From IMG/VR virus record IMGVR_UViG_3300038423_000674: DNA of 60,971 bases; one strand, 5' to 3'. Below are positions 54,721 to 60,971 of the stretch, piece after piece; position 1 is the first letter of the stretch, and each line of letters opens with the position of its first letter. A model generated the notes under the pieces. The model worked only from the letters and a program-made list of their open reading frames with translations. It ran no database searches and was not told where the DNA came from. Source of the stretch: an uncultured virus (IMG/VR IMGVR_UViG_3300038423_000674) (Duplodnaviria > Heunggongvirae > Uroviricota > Caudoviricetes). The translations under genes and the position numbers were made by a program.

Positions 54721-57700
54721 TTATATCTGCGTGACGACCGAGGACGACGGGTCCGCGATGATGCCTCCTAGGAACGGATCGATAGTCACCGAACGAGAAA
54801 GCACCGAGTTCGCCGTCAGAATCGCTTGCCCCGCGGACTGGAAGCTTCCCGATGCCACGATGTTCGAATTGAGCTGGGCATAGGCGACGATGGTGGAGGC
54901 GGAAACGTTCGTCTCCTGGCCAGGCACCGGCGCATGCAGGGAAAGGTTGATGGAGGAGGAACGTTCCCCCGTGAAGAACGCCCCCGGCGTGGCCCCGGGT
55001 GCGACGATCAGCTCCGTGCCCGAGACGGTGAGCTCCGACTGCGACAGGACGAACCCGTTGCCGAAGTTCGGGAGCGAGATCGAGCCCCCCGTGAGGATCA
55101 CGCCGCATCCCTGCTCGAAGCCGCCCGCCTGTGCGTTGTTCTGGAAGACACAGTCCACGAACTCGACGTCGGAGTCTATCCCGTACACGACGGGGTTCGT
55201 GAATCCCTGGAATTGGATGTTGTTGAACATCACCCGGCTGTTGTCGACGAAGAATGCCGACGTGGGGCCGTCGCCGAATCCCGCCCATCCCGTGGCGTCC
55301 ACGACGATGGGGCTAGTCGCGTCCGCAGTGCTGGTAACGACCACGCGGCCTTCCTCCTGGATGGAGAATGCGAAGTTTGCCAGGGCGTACCACTTCGCGA
55401 AGCGGACCGTCCCGTCCCCCAGGGCGATGACCTGCATGGTCGGGGCCAGGGCCTTGATGGGATAGGGGACGCCCGTGGTGATGAGCTGGATAGAGCACGG
55501 GTGCCGCAGCACGGGCGGCAGGGCGTTGGCCGCCGACGTGATCGTGAGCTTGGGGCTCTGCGGGGTCAGGCCGTCGTTGGAATCGTTGCCACTGGCGTTG
55601 TTGACGTACAGGACGATGGGGGCGGTCGTGGCCTGGAGGTCCTGGCCCAGCACGGTCCGGGGGGTCGGCGGGGCGATGGCGAAGCCCACGTGCGGGATCG
55701 CCTGGGCGAACCCCCGTCCTCCCGTGTTCCCCTGCAGGAGCTGGATCCGCTTCCGGATGTTCTTGTTCATGGGCAGGATGAAGTCGTTGACGTGCAGGGG
55801 GGCCTCGAACGTCGTTTCGACGTTGTTCTGCCGCATGGCCACATAGTTGGAATCGAACAGCGTGGCGAGCGGGGAGTTCGTGAGGGTGGAGTCGGGCCAG
55901 CTTACCTGGGACGGGAAGGCGAGGGCAATCGGGAACTGCCGGTTGTACGGGAAGACGTCCGACAGCCCTACCTGCGGTGCCGCGCCGCTGCCGTTCGTGG
56001 TGATGAGGGCGTTGTCCACGGTATGAAGGACCTCGTAGTCGCGCCCCTGGATTCCCTCCCCCTGGTACGGGACGTACCGCTCCTCCACGGTCAGGACGGA
56101 ACTGGGGTCGAAGGCCGGGAGGATGGAGCCCACGAAAAAGAACTTGGAGTTGGGGAGGACGAGGTTGACCCCCGGGACCGTGACGATGGCGTAGCCGTTG
56201 TTGAAGTCCACCGTGGAAATCTGGACGGCGTTGAGGTTCCCGGTCTGGTCCAGGACCCATGCCATCTTGGTGACGTCGTCGCCGGATATGCCCTTTATGG
56301 TGCAGCCGTTCGCGGCAAGGACCACGGTGCTGTAGGTGGCGTTTGGGTTGCTGTTGTCGTAGGAGACGGACTCCACGAGCACCCGGGCGTCCATCCGCAG
56401 CGCGGACGTGCTGGGGTAATTGCCGAACAATGCCGTTTCCTCGACCTCGATGAGCCCCCTGACGGGGGGGTTGAAGGCCGCCTGCGCGGTGTCCTGCGCC
56501 ATGAACTCCATGACGACGGTGGAGGAGGCGAGGACCGCCCCCTGGATGGTTATGATGCAGTTTCCCCCGCTGATCGTGCGGGAAATGATGGAATAGGCGG
56601 AGCCGGTCAGGAAATCCGTAGCGCCGACGATGTAGAGCCCGTTGACGCTCCCGTTGACGTTGGCGTTGGGGACGACGAACGTCGTGGAGACCACCCCGGC
56701 GACGGTCTGTCCGATGCCGCTGGAGCCAAGCACCTCGACGAACACCCTCGTGCCGAACTGGACGTTGGAGTACCTGGGGTTGTATGCAAGGACCTTGTAG
56801 GCCTGGACGGCGAGCTGCTGCGCCGAGATGGCATATTCCGAGATGCCGTAGACGGGAAGCGTCTTGCCGGACGTGGCGTCGTACAGGACGCCCCCGTCCA
56901 TGGCGAGCGGGGTCCTGACGAGGCTTGCCGTCCCGCCGGACGGGTAGCCCACCCCGAGGGTCACGTAGATGTTGTTCGCCCCCGGGTCGAAGGAGGTCCC
57001 GCGGAGGTCGTTCGGGAACGACACCACGACGGACTTGGAGCCGAGGCCCTGGATGAGGATTTGGCCGGACAGCAGGTTGATGGGGGCCTTGACGCCCGCC
57101 TTCGTGTTGAAGCCCTGCACGAAGGCCGAGGCTATGACGGCGGTGGAGGCTATGGGGAGCGAGACGACGAAGGCGTCGTTCTGCGTCCATGCCGCCCCCT
57201 TGGTGCCTATGGACTTGTCGTCGATGGTGATTTGCTTCGTCACGAAGAACGTGCGCTGATCGGAGCTGAAGCCGTTGGAGAACCCGTCGAAGCTGCCTAC
57301 GGTGTCGGAGTTCGCGACCACCAGGGGGGCCATGGAGACGTAATATTCCAGGGTGGAGCCCAGGGCGAACGGGCTCATGCCGGGGGACGCGCCGCGGCCT
57401 ATGGCGGAGCGGAGGTTCCCGGAGAGGGCGTCCACGAACCCGTCGTCGGTAAGCTCCCCGTAGTCCCACCCGTCGAGGCTCACGGTCTGCCTGACGTCGA
57501 CCACGTCGTCCTGGAACACTTGGTCGGCAAGCCTTGAGTCGAACCGCCCGGATGCCTCGTATTGTATGAGCCCGGAACTGGGGACCAGCGGGTTGGCGCA
57601 TCCGAACAGGTTGGCCGCCAGGCTGAATGGGCCGTAGTTGCGCTGGAACGCGACGGCAAGGGGCATGGCATAGCTGTATCCGTCGAGGGTGCCGAGGGCG

Positions 57701-58485
57701 TTGGTCGGGTTGCCGTCCCCGGCCCGCCATATCCCCGTGTCCCCCGTCGTGGTGCCGAGGTTCTGGAACTGGTAGGCGACGTCCCCGGAAAGCGGGGATG
57801 CCTGCCCGGCCTGGGCATAGACGGTCTCGCCCGCCCTCGTCCCGGGGTCGAGCCCGTAGCGGTATTGCGTGAAGTCGTAGGTCAGCGCCACCCGCTGGAC
57901 GTTGATGCGCCATTGGATTTGGGCACGCTGCGTCGTATAGAGCCCGTTGTTGAAAATATCAACGGAGTCGTCCGGGAGGGACTCCAGGAGGGACGGGTCC
58001 GGGGTGATGCCCCCATAGGGGTAGAAGTACCGGAGGCCGGTCGTGGGGTCGACGTAGTATCCCAGCCCGGAGGTCGGGTCGAGGGACTGGTACCACATCT
58101 CCAGGAAGGCCACGTATATGCGGGCGGGCTCGTCCGCGACGCCGGGCGTCCAGAAGGCCGGGGAGGGGAGGACGACGTTGTTGAGGGCTTGGTCGGCGCT
58201 CAGCGACCCCCCTATGGTGAGGACCTCGCCGTTGAACAGGACGTCGAACCTCGGGACGGCAAAGGTGTTGGCCACGGTCGTGTCGAACCGCATGGGCTGC
58301 CAGGTGAGGCATCCGGAGGTGGCGGGGCCGTCCTTGAGGAGGAGCTGCCGCTTGTAGTCCTGGAGGTCCTGGATGAGGTTGACGTCTGCGTCGGAAATCT
58401 CGTGGTCGTGCAGCGAGACCACGGTCAGGAGGCTTTTCCCTGTCGGATCCAGCGTCCTGGAGACTACGGAAGGATATGTGACCAT
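54721..58485 (-). CDS. Tail protein with a C-terminal beta-helix-like region
   Basis: N-terminal DADVNLIQD; YVNNASGNDSNDGLT...TI..A motif preceding the beta-helix. Confidence 0.72.
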   Translation of the reverse strand: MVTYPSVVSRTLDPTGKSLLTVVSLHDHEISDADVNLIQDLQDYKRQLLLKDGPATSGCLTWQPMRFDTTVANTFAVPRFDVLFNGEVLTIGGSLSADQALNNVVLPSPAFWTPGVADEPARIYVAFLEMWYQSLDPTSGLGYYVDPTTGLRYFYPYGGITPDPSLLESLPDDSVDIFNNGLYTTQRAQIQWRINVQRVALTYDFTQYRYGLDPGTRAGETVYAQAGQASPLSGDVAYQFQNLGTTTGDTGIWRAGDGNPTNALGTLDGYSYAMPLAVAFQRNYGPFSLAANLFGCANPLVPSSGLIQYEASGRFDSRLADQVFQDDVVDVRQTVSLDGWDYGELTDDGFVDALSGNLRSAIGRGASPGMSPFALGSTLEYYVSMAPLVVANSDTVGSFDGFSNGFSSDQRTFFVTKQITIDDKSIGTKGAAWTQNDAFVVSLPIASTAVIASAFVQGFNTKAGVKAPINLLSGQILIQGLGSKSVVVSFPNDLRGTSFDPGANNIYVTLGVGYPSGGTASLVRTPLAMDGGVLYDATSGKTLPVYGISEYAISAQQLAVQAYKVLAYNPRYSNVQFGTRVFVEVLGSSGIGQTVAGVVSTTFVVPNANVNGSVNGLYIVGATDFLTGSAYSIISRTISGGNCIITIQGAVLASSTVVMEFMAQDTAQAAFNPPVRGLIEVEETALFGNYPSTSALRMDARVLVESVSYDNSNPNATYSTVVLAANGCTIKGISGDDVTKMAWVLDQTGNLNAVQISTVDFNNGYAIVTVPGVNLVLPNSKFFFVGSILPAFDPSSVLTVEERYVPYQGEGIQGRDYEVLHTVDNALITTNGSGAAPQVGLSDVFPYNRQFPIALAFPSQVSWPDSTLTNSPLATLFDSNYVAMRQNNVETTFEAPLHVNDFILPMNKNIRKRIQLLQGNTGGRGFAQAIPHVGFAIAPPTPRTVLGQDLQATTAPIVLYVNNASGNDSNDGLTPQSPKLTITSAANALPPVLRHPCSIQLITTGVPYPIKALAPTMQVIALGDGTVRFAKWYALANFAFSIQEEGRVVVTSTADATSPIVVDATGWAGFGDGPTSAFFVDNSRVMFNNIQFQGFTNPVVYGIDSDVEFVDCVFQNNAQAGGFEQGCGVILTGGSISLPNFGNGFVLSQSELTVSGTELIVAPGATPGAFFTGERSSSINLSLHAPVPGQETNVSASTIVAYAQLNSNIVASGSFQSAGQAILTANSVLSRSVTIDPFLGGIIADPSSSVVTQI

Positions 58486-58551
58486 TCTTCACCCTCAGCC
58501 CACACCTTGACTTCTCGTCTGTTTAGATAGGGGAAAGTCAAAGGATTGCGA

Positions 58552-59094
58552 ATGGGGAGCGTGCCCTACAACTACATCGGCCAGCCCGTGGTCTCCACGG
58601 CCCTCATCCAGCAGATGGACGACGACTCGTTCTATTTTCCTACCCAGAACGGGCATACGGGGTTCGCCTTCGACGGGCAGCACTACACCAACGGGGTACA
58701 GGATCTCTCTCCCCCCACCTCGGCCTCCTGGTACACGGAGGGCCCGGGTGCCTACCGGGGGGCGTCCGCACGGTTCCCCTCCTACGGGCTGGCATTGCTC
58801 GGGAGGGCGTCCTTGACCATCCTGGACGAAAGCACCCCGGACCTGGCCCTGTGGATGACGTTCCTGCTGGAGGACGGGCTGATGCTGGCGAACAACTTCG
58901 CCCTGGACAACCCCGACTTCTCCTCGCCCCCGGCCCTGGACCTCATGGGGTTCCTGCCGAAGGGCCTGGCATACGCCAACGGGGTGATCTCGGTGGTCTA
59001 CTCCCCAGACCCGGGCTCGGAGGCCGTGACGAGCGGCATGGCGGTAAACGTTGATTTTGCAAGGGATACGGCATACCTTGACGTTGCCGTTTAG
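58552..59094 (+). CDS. Probable virion protein
   Basis: Divergent from the tail operon; composition like the structural genes. Confidence 0.55.
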   Translation: MGSVPYNYIGQPVVSTALIQQMDDDSFYFPTQNGHTGFAFDGQHYTNGVQDLSPPTSASWYTEGPGAYRGASARFPSYGLALLGRASLTILDESTPDLALWMTFLLEDGLMLANNFALDNPDFSSPPALDLMGFLPKGLAYANGVISVVYSPDPGSEAVTSGMAVNVDFARDTAYLDVAV

Positions 59095-59106
59095 GAGGAT
59101 GAAGCA

Positions 59107-59754
59107 ATGAGCGAGCTAGGGCTGATGCAGGCCGTGAAGAAAGTGGCGGGACCGTACATTGCCACCCTTCCGGCGTCGAGCGCCGTGCCGCCCGCATTCT
59201 GGGGGGCGCTGACCGCGAACGAGTCGGGCCTCTATTGCGTTCGCGGGCTGGACCCGATGAACTTTCCGCCGAGGTTCGAGCCGTCCGTGTACAAGCACCT
59301 GCTGGATGTGAGCACGGGAAGTGCCAAGGCATACGGCAACATCGGCCTCGACGCAATCCAGGGCGGCGTCGAGGAGGGCATGCACCCGAGGACGGGCGAG
59401 TTTCACTCCACGTTCCTGACGGAGGAGTTTGCAAACGCCCAGGCAAGGGGGCTGGCCGCCATGCAGGACGCGGCCCTGCGGAACCTTGCGTCGAGCTGGG
59501 GGTTCACGCAGGTCATGGGGTACAACCTGCTGATCTGGAACGACAGCCCGGACGACCTCATCGACCCCGGGGCCCATTTCGGCTATGCGGGCTACCTGAT
59601 GGCGGGATTTTGCCGACAATACGGGCTCAACCCGAAGGCCCAGTTCAGGGAGATGTTCTGCTGCTGGAATACGGGCCGACCGGACGGCAAGTGCTTCGAC
59701 CCGGCATACCCGGACAACGGCGTCGCACGGATGGGGCTTTGGGGGCAGGCCTGA
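59107..59754 (+). CDS. N-acetylmuramidase (DUF3380-like) endolysin
   Basis: NESG...RFEP...SSWGFTQVMGYN...WN. Confidence 0.82.
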   Translation: MSELGLMQAVKKVAGPYIATLPASSAVPPAFWGALTANESGLYCVRGLDPMNFPPRFEPSVYKHLLDVSTGSAKAYGNIGLDAIQGGVEEGMHPRTGEFHSTFLTEEFANAQARGLAAMQDAALRNLASSWGFTQVMGYNLLIWNDSPDDLIDPGAHFGYAGYLMAGFCRQYGLNPKAQFREMFCCWNTGRPDGKCFDPAYPDNGVARMGLWGQA

Positions 59755-59763
59755 CCTTCCCTC

Positions 59764-60045
59764 CTATTGGTCCGGCGGGCCTTCGTCCGGCTCTGGATGG
59801 ACGGGCTGGCCCGGAGGCCTGAGTCCTTCCTCGACGGCCTTTCCCGTTGTTGTGCCCGCATCCCCCGCCAAGGACAGGTTGATCCTGGCCGCGCTCCCCT
59901 CGTCCACCTTCTGCGCCCCGTTGACGGCCTTGTCCAGGAAATAGAGGGCCTGCCCCTCCTCCGGGTCGATGCCACCGTTGGCATACGCCTTCACTACATG
60001 GGCTAGGTACTCGTACAGGCCGTCCTGCAGGATCAGGATTCTCAT
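59764..60045 (-). CDS. Hypothetical protein
   Basis: GGAGG RBS, 93 aa. Confidence 0.6.
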   Translation of the reverse strand: MRILILQDGLYEYLAHVVKAYANGGIDPEEGQALYFLDKAVNGAQKVDEGSAARINLSLAGDAGTTTGKAVEEGLRPPGQPVHPEPDEGPPDQ

Positions 60046-60176
60046 TTGCCGCCTCCCACCTTTCTATCTCCTCCCTCGCCTCCCGCCTCCATTGCCTCAC
60101 CCTGCGCAGGGAATCGCGCCGGGAAAGGCCCGGGATGGGAACCCATGCCGACAGCGGAAGCTTCCGGAATACGGGC

Positions 60177-60725
60177 CTAACCCTCTCGTCCATCATTGGC
60201 TTCCCTTAGGGCCGTACCGTCGTTCGGACACAGGATGTCCTTCCTGCGAGCGCCCTGGTATACGTATTTGCATTTCGGGCAGACGAACTTCGGCTCGGGC
60301 GGGGGCGGGGAAATGACCAGGGCTACCGCGAGGCGGGCGATCCCGGACCACCCGCATTCGTAGGGCTTCTGGAGGAGGAGCGATGCCTCGGTCGCACAGA
60401 TCAGGAGGCCGTTCAGGGAACGGCATTCCGTGCCTCCCTGGACCAGGGCCCCGTAGTCCGCCCCGGTCATGTACAGGAACGTCTTGCCGTCCTCCGCTGC
60501 GGCCAAGAGGTCGTAGAACGAGTCGAAGGGCCTTTCCGTGCCGGTTTCCTCCGTCGCTGGGCGATTCCTGAACTCACAGTCGATCATGGAGGCCCATTTG
60601 TCCTTGATCTCCTCCTGGATGTCCTCGTCGACCTGATCCCATTCGCCCCCGAGGCCCCTCCTGTCGGAAAGGTCCCAGATTATCGCCGTAACTGCCTTCC
60701 TGGACGCCTCGCTATGTTCGACCAT
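60177..60725 (-). CDS. Hypothetical protein with a C-terminal Zn ribbon
   Basis: CPKC...CPND; GAGG RBS. Confidence 0.6.
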   Translation of the reverse strand: MVEHSEASRKAVTAIIWDLSDRRGLGGEWDQVDEDIQEEIKDKWASMIDCEFRNRPATEETGTERPFDSFYDLLAAAEDGKTFLYMTGADYGALVQGGTECRSLNGLLICATEASLLLQKPYECGWSGIARLAVALVISPPPPEPKFVCPKCKYVYQGARRKDILCPNDGTALREANDGREG

Positions 60726-60971
60726 CGCCTCACTCCCTGAACGACGAGTTCCTCGCCGAGATGTTCACGGCTGTTTGACCCTGCGCACGGACTCACGCCA
60801 AGTGAAGCCGGGGACGGGAGACCATGCCGACATAGGCAAAGGACGCCAGCCGGACTTAACCATGCTCAGTTCGGCTATTATTGCGTCACTTCTTGAGGGT
60901 GGTTTTCTTGTAGCTTACCACCACGGGTGCCGTAGGACTGGTATAGATTCCAAATATCGTATGACCTTTGC

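Noticed and set aside
1..60971. Stop-codon reassignment as in some large phages
   Set aside because: Recognisable genes are full length in the standard code and end in TAG, TGA or TAA; no suppressor tRNA is seen.
60885..60971. End of another low-GC endonuclease gene
   Set aside because: Too little sequence at the window edge to support a call.

Overview
A segment of a large, GC-rich tailed (myovirus-like, probably jumbo) bacteriophage genome using the standard genetic code. It has two virion-gene blocks: about 1.7-7.3 kb on +, and about 36.3-58.5 kb on - (baseplate J- and gp25-like genes, a 1912-aa Ig-repeat tail fibre, a 1254-aa tail protein), followed by an N-acetylmuramidase endolysin. 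Between them is a long - strand accessory and metabolic region: NAD salvage (NAMPT plus NMNAT-Nudix), RNA ligase, AAA ATPase, UvrD helicase, four DNA methyltransferases, an acyl carrier protein, DUF262, a DUF4160/DUF2442 pair and a six-tRNA cluster. Three free-standing homing endonucleases are present. A low-GC Ig-rich lipoprotein hints at an Acidobacteria-like host (inference). The main leads are: (1) a shared N-terminal leader (F-x-A/S-x-F-L-K/R-K/R-A) on unrelated enzymes, plus K-x-A linkers between the domains of a multi-enzyme polyprotein, suggesting a capsid-targeting and protease-processing system for injected ADP-ribosyltransferase, Nudix and nucleotidyltransferase effectors; (2) AT-rich, apparently synonymous patches over conserved motifs and gene ends; (3) a tRNA-Thr(UGU) with a long variable arm among atypical tRNAs; (4) a circularly permuted histidine phosphatase fused to an ART domain; (5) a candidate ncRNA of about 290 nt; (6) a recurring Ser-Pro-Pro motif in virion proteins. 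All family calls come from motif recognition by eye; no database searches were run.
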